Source of the DNA: Lytechinus pictus
Taxonomy: Eukaryota
Assembly: GCF_037042905.1 (NCBI RefSeq)
Contig: NC_087252.1
Coordinates: forward strand, 23,190,001 to 23,254,000
Reading direction: 5' to 3'
Length of the DNA stretch: 64,000 bases
Of the stretch, positions 13,980-26,530 are shown one piece after another (position 1 is the first letter of the stretch; the number at the start of each line of letters is the position of its first letter). The position numbers and the translations under genes were made by a program. The notes below the pieces were generated by a model. That model was not told the origin of the DNA, did not search any database, and worked only from the letters and a program-made list of their open reading frames with translations.

Positions 13980-14531
13980 CCCGGGGGGGCCACTTCCATT
14001 CACGAGTGGATACCATGCGCGACCATGGGGTCTCGAAAAGCACCCTAAACACGTAATTTCCATATTCTGAAAATGCACCCCTTAACAAGTATTGGCGTGT
14101 GAAACCCTACCCTTAACAAGTATTGGAAACAAAACGATACTCTTGGCAAATATTCCCTGAAATGAACCCCTAAACAAGTACAGGAATGTTTTATTGTTAT
14201 GGGTCCTTCGGTCGTCGGCTTTACCTTATTTGGTTTAGTACGACCCCACCTTCTACACCTCGCGCAAATCGGACTCTAAACACGAAGTGTTGGGGCAAAA
14301 TGGACATCCTTTATAAAACATTTTAATTTTGTTTTATCATTCCCGCAAATTCGACCCTAAACACGTAATTTTCCTACCGAAATAGACACCCTTTTTTCAT
14401 TATTTTTGTGTTTTTGACACCCTTATCACGTTACGTACGTAACGTGCCCTATCGTGAAAAGGACATCCTTTTTACGTGTTTTTTTGGTCGCGCATGGTAT
14501 CCACTCGTCAATGTAAGTGGCCCCCCCCGGG
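13980..14531. mobile_element. MITE with ~45-bp TIRs and 8-bp TSD (hAT-like), inserted into a SINE
   Basis: TSD ATTAGATT on both sides; cccggggggg ccacttccattcacgagtggataccatgcgcgacca and its reverse complement at the right end. Confidence 0.8.
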
Positions 14532-14861
14532 ATTAGATTACCCATTCACTTCACCTGGGTCGAGTGCAGCACAACGTGGATAAATTTCTTGCTGAAGGAG
14601 AACAGCAATATATGGCTGGGATCAAAACCTAGATTCAATGTTTGAAAGACAAGAGTCAGAACCACTAGACCATTCGAAGGATATATACATGTATATATAT
14701 ATATATATACTAATATTCATATTTATATATGGCCGTTCCCATATGTGAAATCCCCTTCCCCCCCGGAATGATAAACAGACCATTGACTTTGAAATGGGGG
14801 TGAATGTGCTATCCATGAAGGGTGAAAAACGTGAGCTAAATTAGAATGTGACAATACAAAC

Positions 14862-14990
14862 CTGTGTTTTCCAACGTTCCGCAGTCCATCTCGTCAGAAA
14901 GAGTAAAACAATCATAGAAGGCATCGCATTTGTAGACCCCAGGTATGCAGGCTCCATCGCTGCAAGTGTATTCATCCTCTTCACATGGAC
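14862..14990 (-). CDS. LDLa exon 17
   Basis: 129 nt; GPCEEDEYTCSDGACIPGVYKCDAFYDCFTLSDEMDCGTLENT; donor gtttgt. Confidence 0.91.
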
Positions 14991-15009
14991 CTGTGCAAAA
15001 ATCATATTC

Positions 15010-15147
15010 TTGATTGATTGATTGACAACGAATTTATTCATTCCAAAATTTCAACAAAGTTACAAAGTAAAGCAAAATATAATATAACATTTTGAAATGA
15101 AATAGGAACCTTCTGGAAAGCAAAGCTTGTTATTGAAGGTTTCCTTC
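15010..15147 (-). repeat. 138-bp retroelement-like 3' tail; apparently identical inverted copy at 21896-22033
   Basis: aataaa followed by a (CAAT)n tail; reverse-complement match by eye. Confidence 0.75.
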
Positions 15148-15749
15148 AATAAATAAGACTTAATGCAAAAAACAATATATATATATATAATATACTAATC
15201 ATATCGTTCTTGTTGAAGTTCAAAATAGATACAATAAACAAGTCATCATATCTTTCTTGTAAAAATTATATGTAAATCCTTGTTAAATGTATTTTTTTTT
15301 TTTTTTTACATATTCTCCCAAGTAAAAAAATAAACAAGGCTGGATTATCTTACAAGATTATCTTAGTAGTTTGTATGAAATCATCAGTTTTCTTCTCAAT
15401 TTTCAGTACTTATTACTGAAGATCAGTTTTACTTGACAGCTCTGGGCCCCGTCTTACAAAGATTTACGATTGATCCAATCAATTGCAACTATGGATGGCC
15501 AGCAACGTCAACATCTTTTATTCATGTTTGTTCAAAATATTTTCTAACTATAATGTACACTCATGCATTCATTGTTTTCTTGAAAATTCACTGCGCTTCT
15601 CTTCGCATACAGAGGACATTGTGCAAGTTTTTCGTAAAAATAAATTATGACACTGATTGATATCCATAGAGTTACGATTGATTGGGATTGGATCAATCTT
15701 AACTCTTTGTACAGCCGTTACAACAAATTTCCTTTTAATTCTTCTTTAA

Positions 15750-16497
15750 CCCTAAAAAGACTGGGGGGGGGGGCTGATTCAGCCCCCCCCTCGACATTTT
15801 TCGCGATAAATCTGTAATGCGAAAAGCTGGCGCCGCGCCGTTCCATGACTTTTTTCTTTTAAGTCTTGCGCAACTTTTGAGACCAAATTTGCGACCCCCG
15901 GGTACGCGGTTCCGAAATTACGCAACATTTCGTAAGTACATGTCGACCCAAAATTGCTAAAAAACGTGAATTTGTGTACAAATCCAATGCAAATTGTGTT
16001 TTCAGCCAAAATTCATAAATGTATCATTATTTTCAATTTTACTAATCAAACTAAATTAATTTCATCTTGTTTATGGTCAGAATAAAGTCACGGATGATTT
16101 TCATTGAAAAAACAATAAAAAACAAAAAGTAAAAAAACAAAGAAATACATAAGAAATTTTTAAAACAATAAAATACATAAGAAAAGAATTGTGATGTTGA
16201 ATTTTTTTTCATGTACATTTGATTAGAATCCTACAAAGAGTCTATGAATAAAAAAATTAGCAGTTTAGAGGCCTTATTTAGTTAATTAGAGCAAATCTTT
16301 GATTTTACGTATAAATTAGCATAATTAATGAATTTTGAAATTTTTCGGAAAATTTGATCCTACAGTCTTGGAGATTATGCCGTGGGTAATGCACGTGCCA
16401 ATTTTCGTCGTGATCGACGGCCGAGATCATAGGGGGGGGGCTGAATCAGCCCCCCCCCAGTCTTCTTAGGCATCAAAATAGCCCAGTCTATTTAGGG
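15750..16497. mobile_element. piggyBac-like MITE (same superfamily, opposite orientation)
   Basis: TTAA|CCCTAAA...TTTAGGG|TTAA; interior homologous to 270-1035. Confidence 0.8.
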
Positions 16498-17254
16498 TTA
16501 AACCCATATTACATCACAACAATTTTATATTTAGGAGTGAATTTTTTTCAAACATATGTACTTTTTCAAAGCTTTCCAAAACACTTCTTCATTATTATCA
16601 TGATTATACTGTAATTGTTTTTGTAATTGTAACATTGCCGTTTTGTTGATTTTTTGTGTGTTTTTATGCTTTTTTGTAAAACATTTGTCAATTCAGCTAA
16701 CAAGCTGCGATCATATGTTTTAATACATCTTTAATCTCTCATCTCTCATCTCTTGAAGACGGGGCATGCTACAGGAACAGCCCCGTACCAGTCCTTACTT
16801 TAACAAGAATTTACAATGGACTGTAATGCATTTTATTCTATTAGGTTGACTCTCATAAACTGTACCTCTTATCTCCATGTAAGTATTTGACATGCATATG
16901 TAAATTGATGCCAAACTATTAGAATATCCATATTTCCAAAAAGTTGCCAGCTTTAACCCTGGCTAGACTGAGCCCATTCTGTTGATGTCACAGCAACAAT
17001 AAGCATTTCAGATTTTACATTTATTTATCTTCAGAGCACCGGTTCTTTCAAAATCAAACTGGTTCCTGATGAAAATCGTCAAGAACCGGTGTCTTCAACC
17101 ATAACAACTGAACACTAGTCTTCACTATAAATATCATTCTCACTTTCATTGTTTGTTACCAGTCACCCCAAATTAACAATAAGTTGCCATTTAAGGCTCC
17201 ATGCAAATAGCGAAAAAAACTAATTTGGTCTTTAAAAATAAAACATAAGCTTTA

Positions 17255-17979
17255 CCCTTATTAAACCGGGGGGTTCAATTTGAACCCCCCTCAACAAATT
17301 TCATCACTACGCCGTTGCGCAATTTTTTTGACCGCGTCGCTCGCTGACTTTTACTTTCGCATCTTTTAAGAGCCAATTTGCGAAGCCCGGGTATGCGGTT
17401 CCAAAATCACGCAACATTTTGTAAGTGCGTGTCAGACCAAAAATTGCTCAAAAACGTGATTCCGTGTACAAAGTCAATGAAAATTATGTTTTTCAACCAA
17501 TAATCCTAAACGTATGATTATTTTTACTTTTGGTTGTTTAAATGGATTTATAGTATGCTATTTATGATTGCAAAATGGTCCCCGACAAACTTCATTTAAA
17601 AAAACAATAAAAAACAAAGAAATACATAAGAATAAAAAAAACAATGAAATACATATGAAATTGATTATAATTTTGCAGATATTTGTCCAAAATGTAAAAA
17701 TTGATACTCTCACCTAAAGTTAGCATTCTACTAGCTGTATAAATTGAGTTAAAGCCAAAAATATAAACCACCCCAATTTAGGGCGAATTTCATACACTTA
17801 TTTGCATAATTTATGAAAAAATATAATTTTTTGAAAATTTTACTATACTGTCTTGTAGATTACATCTTGCTCTATGCGCATGCAAATTTTTGCGGCGATC
17901 GCGCAATCAGCGGTCGAGATCTGAAATTGCCCCCCCCCCCCCGTATATCAAGGTGTAAAAAAGCCCAGTTAAGATGGGG
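17255..17979. mobile_element. piggyBac-like MITE (diverged copy)
   Basis: ttta|CCCT...GGGG|TTAA; shared interior motifs (gcgcaatttttttgaccg, cgtgattccgtgtacaaa). Confidence 0.72.
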
Positions 17980-18052
17980 TTAAATGGAAGAGTTATTCTT
18001 CTCTTTATCCTGTTAAATTTCAAATTGTAAAGTTGAATAGAAAACCAGATAC

Positions 18053-18209
18053 GGTGCGTGAGGTGCAGGAGTTTCTGTGACACAAGCTTTTGCAGACTGT
18101 TCGGAAGTTTCACTACAGAGATTGTAGTAATCACATCTCATGCTTGAGTGAAGCCTGAACTTCAAACATCGTTTTCTCCTTTTTCCTCGGAGCACTCACT
18201 TAATTTCTT
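18053..18209 (-). pseudogene. Decayed LDLa pseudo-exon
   Basis: cag acceptor, 157 nt (not 3n), early TGA in the gene frame; frameshifted remnant ECSEEKGE/RCL...HSSMRCDYYNLCSETSEQSAKACVTETPAP. Confidence 0.7.
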
Positions 18210-18429
18210 CTGCATTCAATAAAGAACGTGTGAGGGTTACGTTTGTCATATCAGTTGTGTATCAATTTAAGAATTTTAGGATGTGCCTGTTTTAACTCAA
18301 TAAAGCCTAAAATCCATTTTGGGAGACTTATTGTTGGTTTTGGGGTGGCAACAAAATCAAAGGAAATAGAGATCTATTGGAAATATCAATAAATATAACT
18401 ACAAGGTCTCGAAAGAGTCCCATCCTTAC

Positions 18430-18537
18430 CGCAAGTGTTTTCGTCTTTTCCATTTGAGCAATCGATAAAGTCATCACATTGCCAAAAAAGGTAAATACAT
18501 TCCCCTGGGGCACATTCGTACAAGTGGTCAGGACAGG
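18430..18537 (-). CDS. LDLa exon 16
   Basis: 108 nt; PCPDHLYECAPGECIYLFWQCDDFIDCSNGKDENTC. Confidence 0.92.
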
Positions 18538-18579
18538 CTGCAGATACAAACAGAACATGGTCATTATTAAAACTAGCAC

Positions 18580-19762
18580 ATCAATGATGTGGTGCTCATC
18601 CCGCATCTTGCTACAAAATTTAACACAATTTTTAATTTCAGCCCAGTTGACACTGTAGTGAATTATATTGGTGACAAAAATTGAGGAAACTAATTTGAAA
18701 TTGATAAAGAAATGACAGGGAAGAAGCAATATTGTGATTTATGAATAAATTTTGTATAAATCAGCATAAATTTTGTATAAATTAGCATAAATTATATTCT
18801 AGTCAAAATTCCTCAATTCTGTGTAGAACCTTGGTCATGCAGTTTTCATATGGAACCCAAAAAAATCAAAATCGGTCAACAAATAAATAAGAAGAATTTT
18901 TCTGTGAGTTTTGAAAAATATGCATAAATTAGCATGAATAATTTCCTAATCAAAATGTCAAAATTCTGTGTACAAGTTTGGTGAACCTCATGCAGGTCTA
19001 CTAGATTGGAGAAAAAAAAAATTATGTGTCGAAGTTTTGTATCCCCACCAGGAGCTATCATATAAAGCAAACTAAATTGAAATTGATAAAACAAATGAGG
19101 GAGAAAAGGCTTTTTTTTTTTAATGAATCAACTTCACATAAATAAGCTTAAAAATTTTCTAGTCAAAATTTCAAAATTCTGTGTACAAGCTTGGTGAACC
19201 TCATGCATGCAGCTCTACTAGATGGAAGAATAAAAAAATCAAAATCAGTCAACAAATTAAGAAAGAGAGGAATTTTCTGTGATTTATGAATAAATTTTGC
19301 ATGAATTAGGGTAAATGATTTTCTACTCAAAAGTTTGGAGAACCTCATAAACCTCTACCACATGGAAGAAAAAAAATCAAAATCAGTCAACAAATAAAGA
19401 AGAAGAAAAACATGCACAAATTGATTTCACATAAATAAGCATACAAATTTTTCTTGTCAAAATTCTGTGTAAAAGTTTGGTAAATGAACCTCATGAAGCT
19501 CTATTAGATGGAAGCAAAAAAAATCCAAATCGGTCCACAAATAAACGAGTAGCATTTTTGTGAATTTTGAAAAATGCGCATAAATAGCATATTTAATGAG
19601 TTTTAAAATTCTGTGAACAAGTTTTGAATCCCCCACCTAGTGCTTTCATATAAAGGAAACAGAATTGAAATCGGACTTGAAATGACAAAGAAGAAGCATT
19701 TTGAAATTTGGACGGACGACAGACGACGGACAATGGACGCCATGCCATGGTATAAGCTAAAA
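18580..19762. mobile_element. Interspersed repeat with internal tandem subunits; second copy at about 52620-53585
   Basis: Shared ends (catcaatgatgtgg.gctcatcc.gcatct ... gacggacgacagacgac...ataagcta) and repeated aaaatcggtcaacaaataaa subunits. Confidence 0.6.
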
Positions 19763-20368
19763 ATGAAAATTCATATTTTATTGTTCGAAAGAGACATGAA
19801 ATGAAATACTCAGAAAATTTGCTTTGCCCAATTGATCATGGGCCCGGCAGCCGCTGTGCAGCGTCAGATCGTCGAGGCTCTATCCTTTTAATCATTGAAC
19901 GCAAAACAGGGTAGCAGCAACTCCCATCTTATAATGTCTTTTGGTCTGACACATCCGGGATTTGAACCCTCGACCAATGCTGGCAAGCAAGCGTTCCTAG
20001 CCACTGCTCCAAGAGCATGGAACAATTTCCCCAACTCTACAAAGAATGCAGCTTTACTCATTCTATTCAAGAAATATCTAACTCCCGCTCGCCAGCATTG
20101 GCCACCTCAGACCAAAATATGTTATAATAGGGGAGTTGCTGCTACCCTGTTTGGCGTTTGATAATTAAAGGGATAGAGCCTCGTCGATCTGGCGCTGCAC
20201 AGCTGCCGCCGGGCCGCGCCACGATCAATTGGGCAAAGCAAAATTTCGGAGTATTTCATTTCATGTCTATTTCGGACAATAAAATATGGATTGGAGATGT
20301 AACGTGCTTTGTACCTTTCCAAGGAAAGGCGCTACAGAAATTTTATTATTATTGTGACAATGACTCAC

Positions 20369-20473
20369 GGCAATATTCTTCATCATTAACACAGTCAATT
20401 AAACCATCACACCTCCATGATTCGTGGATGCAAGCACCATCGTTGCAGGTGAATTGATGTGGCTGGCAAGTTC
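20369..20473 (-). CDS. LDLa exon 15
   Basis: 105 nt; GTCQPHQFTCNDGACIHESWRCDGLIDCVNDEEYC. Confidence 0.92.
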
Positions 20474-22368
20474 CTGGGAAACAAAAAAATATTGATTGCT
20501 TGGACTTATTATTTATTACCAGATGACATAATCAAATGTAAACATGAACATTTAAAAACATCAGTAAATATTCTACCCTTTATACAAGAAATGTGTTTTT
20601 TCACAATAATTTGAAGCTGATATGAGTTCTTTAAAAAAAAAATACCGTAAAATACATAAGATGATCGCCAACATCAGAATGGCCTAGGTAACATAACAAA
20701 GATGTAAGAGTGAGGTGATATTGTTTATGAGATTGCTCATAACACAATAATCAACGCAAGCAACCATAGACTATTTTAGCCCTACAATCAATCGATATAC
20801 TCTACATGTAAATAACAGGGGCGAGGTCACTATGTTACGACATGGCAGCTATCAGTGTCAGGGATTGAACTGTATGTGTTATTCCTGAAATCATTAAAAA
20901 GACAGTTTAACATAATCAGCAACTTCTTAATAATAATGAAAATGACATGACTTGATCGCCCATTTCTGAGCTGTTAGCATAACAGCTTGGTACATGTTCT
21001 TCCACGGGGTCCAATGTAACATTAATGATATACAAAAAGTCATGAACAATGGTATTCTCGTCGTCCCTTCCACTCATTGTTCTCTGATGCCCATCGATTT
21101 CCATTACCATTTTATTATATACTCTTAGAAATAATTATTTGCATGCAATTCAAATCTGTACGTTGATTGTTTTTTTTACTTGGCATTTATTTATGAATTC
21201 ATGTTTCCCTCTTTTTGTTTAATTTTTATCTATTCTCCAACTCTTTCTTGTCAAATTGATATTTTTATGAGACTCCCACTGCATATTCATAGGAGCCTTC
21301 AACCAACAAGCTTTGCATTTACTTTTGGCTCCTTTATATCCACATCTCTCATTTTCTTTCTTTTTGTCATTATTTTATAAGCACCAACTACAAGAATACT
21401 TTCTAGCATTTTTCTTTAATCATCTAATCATGTATACATTTCATATTTTACAAGGATAATTATTTATGCTTATCTATGAAAATCTGTATTATCTATTATT
21501 GCTTGTATTGAGTTATTGACATTTGAAAATGAGACAAGTTGATATGAATATATCTTGAACCTAATCTCATCAACCAAAACAGATGACTCGTGCATTTTCA
21601 ACAGCAGCACCTGCCTTCTGAAATAGGCTTCCTGACCAACTTTAGAGATATTGGAACCTCCGTTAGCTTGGGGGGAGCCCTAAAACTTATTTATGTTCTA
21701 GGTTTTCAGTCTGGATCTGGATGTGTGTGATTGTTTTTTCTCTGCACCCATGTGTTTGAAAGCTTGATGCAGACAGAATACTCACATATACATCCAGAAT
21801 TAGATCTAGGCTGGGTTTATGTTCATACAAAAGTTGCACCTTTTTTCTCTGATATTTTAGATTACATCTCTTATCTGAATCTCTTAAGTCATTAAGAAGG
21901 AAACCTTCAATAACAAGCTTTGCTTTCCAGAAGGTTCCTATTTCATTTCAAAATGTTATATTATATTTTGCTTTACTTTGTAACTTTGTTGAAATTTTGG
22001 AATGAATAAATTCGTTGTCAATCAATCAATCAATCAACATAATTTTATATTTTGATATGTTCTTAAATTACGTCTGATGAATCATTTTACCATCTTGCTG
22101 TACATAATTCATATGTTTGTTTATTCATAATTGTAAAGTGCGTAAAGAACTATACTAGTTATCATCAACTTATTACTATTATTATCATTATTGTATACAC
22201 AAAACTGAGTAATCAAATCAAAATAGTATTTCAAACTGAATCTCTATTCATTATTCTACACAGTTAATAAAAAGCATCCCCTCCTAGAGTAATTGTGAAA
22301 GCGACCCCCATCCTTTTCCTCCAGTTATCTAACAGTTGATTGTAGTTTATTGGTTACAAATTTTTAAG

Positions 22369-22974
22369 GCCCCCATTCCACAGAGGGAAGACCTTTGAAA
22401 GACCGAAAATTGGTTAGGTCTTACAGCAGTCTCCAAGATCACTGAAATTCTCATCTCTGTGGAATGGCTCAGAAAGACCCCTCAAAGAACTCTGAAAGAC
22501 TGATTGATACTTTCTTAGGCTAGTTCTATAGATATCTTTCAATGGTCTTTCAGAGATCTTTTATGCAACAAGTGATCTTTCAGATTTCTTGCCATGGACT
22601 TTTCCTTGTCTTTCAATGATCTTTCACAGATCTTTCAATGATCTCTCATGAGTATTGCAGTGCTCTCCATAAAAATCTTGAGAGACTGTAAAAAGATCAT
22701 GGAAAGACTAATAAGAACTTTTAAAGTTTATCGAAAGACTGCTGAAAGACCACCAAAAGACTATTTTCTTGGAAGACCGCTGAAAGACTGTTTTGAACCA
22801 TTTAAAAAAAATTTGGGACTCACGAGGACCACAAAGACCATTGAAAGATCCATCAGGAATCGTGAAAGACCTCGGAGATCTTTGAAAGTTTGTTGAAGGA
22901 CCCTTGAAAGATCAAGCAAGTTTCATGGTCTTACAGCAGTCTTTCAGAGGTCTTGCTCTGTGGGGAATGGGGGT
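22369..22974. mobile_element. TTAA-flanked palindromic MITE
   Basis: ttaaggcccccattccacagag ... ctctgtggggaatgggggtttaa; interior of gaaagac/gtctttc inverted repeats. Confidence 0.6.
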
Positions 22975-23006
22975 TTAAACATGAAAGAAAATGGTATGGG
23001 CCCTAC

Positions 23007-23153
23007 CTCCAACTGCAGTACACCTAGCTTCATCTTCATTTTGAATACAGTCATGAATGCCATCACACTCAAATGTTGCAGGGATGCAAGTTCCATCGAA
23101 GCAAGCAAACTCCCATGGTGCACACGTACCGGGTGGGATTGCCGTTGGGGTAG
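23007..23153 (-). CDS. LDLa exon 14
   Basis: 147 nt; ATPTAIPPGTCAPWEFACFDGTCIPATFECDGIHDCIQNEDEARCTAVG; tag/gtaggg. Confidence 0.9.
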
Positions 23154-23738
23154 CTACATGTAGAAGAAAAGAAGTTTAGGCATCGGTTTAACTCATTTGA
23201 TCCGGAGAATTTGTGAGTGAGAAAAAAAAATCCTGGGGCGGTATTCAGGGGCATCCAATTTTCCTGATATATATATACATATAATGAACTGTTGTGTATG
23301 TGTATGATACGTCATATGTATAATGTCTCATTTTTATACTTTGTAATGTTTGTTTGTATATTCTTGACTTTGTATATTTTTAATGGAAAATAAATAAAAT
23401 CAATCAATCCATTTTAAGGAAAAAGTATGTTATCAAAGCAAGCAAAGTGCACTGGCGCACACGTACTGGGTGGGATTGCTGTTGGGGTAGCTACACGTAT
23501 AAGAAAAGAAGTTTACAGACAAAGTTTAGACAACGGTTAACTCCTCAAATTTGATCAGGGGATTTCGTGAGTGAGAAAAAAAAATCCTTGGGTGGTAGTC
23601 AGAGATCTAATTTAAGGAAATGTTATATGTTGGAGGGATACAAGTTTTATCAAAGCAAGCAAACTGAACTGGCGCTCACGTACCGGGTGGGATTGCTGTT
23701 GGGGTACATGTAGTTACATGTAGAAGAAAAGAAGTTAA

Positions 23739-25299
23739 AGGTCAAGTCCACCGCAGAAAAATGTTGATTTGAATCAATAGAGAAAAATGAAACAAGCATA
23801 ATGCTGAAAATTTCATCGGATTTGGATATAAAATAAGAAAATTATGACATTATAAAAGTTTCGCTTATTTTTCACAAAACAGTTATCTCAGTGGTATGAA
23901 AATGAGAGAGTCGATGATGTCCCTCACTCACTATTTCTTTTGTTGTTTATTGTTTGAATTATACAATATTTCAATTTTTACAGATAACAAGTGGAATGCC
24001 TCTGGCCGTCTCACCTGCATCACGCGATTCAATATAGCAGCAGTGCTGATTTTGAAAACTACTATAACTCGCACAAGATGTTCAGTGATACTTGGTTACT
24101 CTTATTTCCACGTTTTATGAACTAGACCAATACACTTATAGAGATATGATGGCAATTCAACAAATACCCCCAACGTGGCCAAAGTTCTTTGACCTTACAT
24201 GACCTTTGACCTTGATCATGTGACCTGAAACTCGCACAGGATGTTCAGTGATACTTGATTACTCTTATGTCCAAGTTTTATGAACTAGACCAACACACTT
24301 TCAAATTTATGGCTGTAATTCAACAAATACCCCAATTTGGCCAAAGTTCATTGACCCTAAATGACCTTTGACCTTGATCATGTGACCTGAAACTTGCACA
24401 GGATGTTCAGTAATACTTGATTACTATTATGTCTAAGTTTCATGAATCAGATCCATAAACTTTCAAAGTTATGATGGTAATTCAACAGATACCCCCAATT
24501 CGGCCAAAGTTCATTGACCCTAAATGACCTTTGACCTTGGTCATGTGACGTGAAACTCATGCAGGATGTTCAGTGATACTTGATTAACCTTATGTATAAG
24601 TTTCATGAACTAGGTTCATATATTTTCCAAGTTATGATGACATTTCAAAAACTTAACCTTAGGTTAAGATTTTGATGTTGATTCCCCCAACATGGTCTAA
24701 GTTCATTGACCCTAAATGACCTTTGACCTTGGTCATGTGACATGAAACTCAGGCAGGATGTTCAGTAATACTTGATTAACCTTATGGCCAAGTTTCACGA
24801 ACTAGGTCCATATACTTTTTAAGTTATGCTGTCATTTCAAAAACTTAACCTCAGGTTAAGATTTGGTGTTGACGCCGCCGCCGCCGTCGCCGTCGCCGCC
24901 GCCGCCGCCGTCGGAAAAGCGGCGCCTATAGTCTCACTCTGCTATGCAGGTGAGACAAAAATAATAATGACTAACTTGACTGAACAAAAAAAAATGTTAA
25001 AACAATGGTAGTTCCACATGTTCAAGGAGGAATAAAACTTCTTTTCAGATGACGATGAGGAGAAAATTCAAATATTTTATATAATGAAAATACAAAATAA
25101 ATAGTGAGTGATGCCATCAGTCCCCTCATTTGCATACTGACCAGGATGTGCATACAACTGTTTTGTGAAATTACGCAAAACTTTAAAATGTCGTAACTTT
25201 CTTATTTCATATCCGATTTTGACAGAATTTTAAGCATTATGCTAGTTGGACTTTTCTCTTTTTACTCAATTTAACTTCTTGTTAGGGTGGACTTGTCCT
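23739..25299. mobile_element. TTAA-flanked MITE (AGG...CCT termini) hosting a nested Helentron-like element
   Basis: ttaa|aggtcaagtccacc...ggtggacttgtcct|ttaa; second copy at about 39543-40284. Confidence 0.75.
23986..24960. mobile_element. Helentron/DINE-1-like non-autonomous element with ~162-bp internal tandem repeats
   Basis: Subterminal inverted repeat gtctcacctgcat / atgcaggtgagac, (GCC)n microsatellite, gacctttgaccttg repeats, no TSD seen. Confidence 0.62.
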
Positions 25300-25443
25300 T
25301 TAAAAGACAAAGTTTAGGAATCAGTTTAACTCCTCAAATTTGATCAGGGGATTTTGTGGGAGGGAAAAAGAATCCTGTTTGAATAATTGAGGTAAAATAT
25401 CCTTAAAACCTCTCTGAATAGGTATTCTGAGATCTGTTTCATC

Positions 25444-25695
25444 CAGGCACGGATCCAGGGGGGGTGGGGCACATGCCCCCCCCCCCCTTTGGAGAAGCAA
25501 AATTAAAATTTGTAATGTAAAAATGTCATTCAAAACAAGATGTGGCCCCTCTTTTGTAATAGAAGACCATTTTCTACGAAATATCCTAAATTTGTGGTTG
25601 AAAACCTTTTTTTTTTTTGGGGGGGAGGCTTGTCAAAATTTTCCTCCGAAAAATTTGCCCCCCCCCCCTTTTGGAAAATCCTGGATCCTCCCCTG
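25444..25695. mobile_element. Short MITE with 8-bp TSD (hAT-like)
   Basis: TSD GTTTCATC; caggcacggatccagg...cctggatcctcccctg. Confidence 0.72.
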
Positions 25696-26524
25696 GTTTC
25701 ATCTTCATTTTATCTCTGTAAGAGACCCCTAGTTATGGAGCAATGTCTTAGGTGAGAGGCTTTTTACTTGCACTCTCATCTCATCCAACCTATGAAAATA
25801 CTTTCTGCCAGGGGGTGGGGCAAAAACATGAGAGCATGTCAATTTATTGAATCCAAACGTGCTTGCACGGCACCGTAATATTAGTTGACAGGGATTTCTT
25901 TTGAAAATCAAACAGATTTTAGTATCATGAAAAGATAATACTTATTTGCACTTTTTCAAGCACCAATGTAGCCAGTTTTTTTGAAGACTGTTAATCGAAA
26001 GATAACCCTTATTTCATGATGAATGTATCAACAGGTTTTTCAAGTTGAAACTTTCCGAACAACGATTCTGCCTACCAATGACTACTACACATTAATTTTC
26101 CATGACTACAGCAATTTATCTTTTGAGCATGAATAATCGTTGATAAAATGAATATTTTGATAGTGTCCCAGTCCAACGGCAGCAGAACTTGTAAGATCTA
26201 ACTAAAAAAACAAAACAAAACTATGTATGATGTATGGAATGTTATAAAAACCACATTGGCAGAGACAATTCCTATGAATAGATCATAAAACGAAAAAATA
26301 TCCATCCATCATAAGTTCGTAATTACACAGATGTGACTTACATGAAAATTTATGGGTTCTGAACTGGGCAGAAACAAATATGTACATGTATGTATGTACA
26401 TACATGTATAGATATAATTATATATATCTATTTTGAAAGAAATGAATGAAGAGAACAATGGTAGGCGTAGCTTAAATCAAGGTTCCTCAGAGCTATCTGC
26501 CCTTTGGATAAATTGGTGATGCCG

Positions 26525-26530
26525 AAAAAA
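26525..26530 (-). terminator. Pol III terminator (T6) immediately after the tRNA-like gene
   Basis: TTTTTT directly follows the discriminator base. Confidence 0.65.

Noticed and set aside
20916..21110. ORF containing YIINVTLDPVEE, resembling a CUB C-terminus
   Set aside because: Single short motif with no matching splice sites or other CUB signatures.
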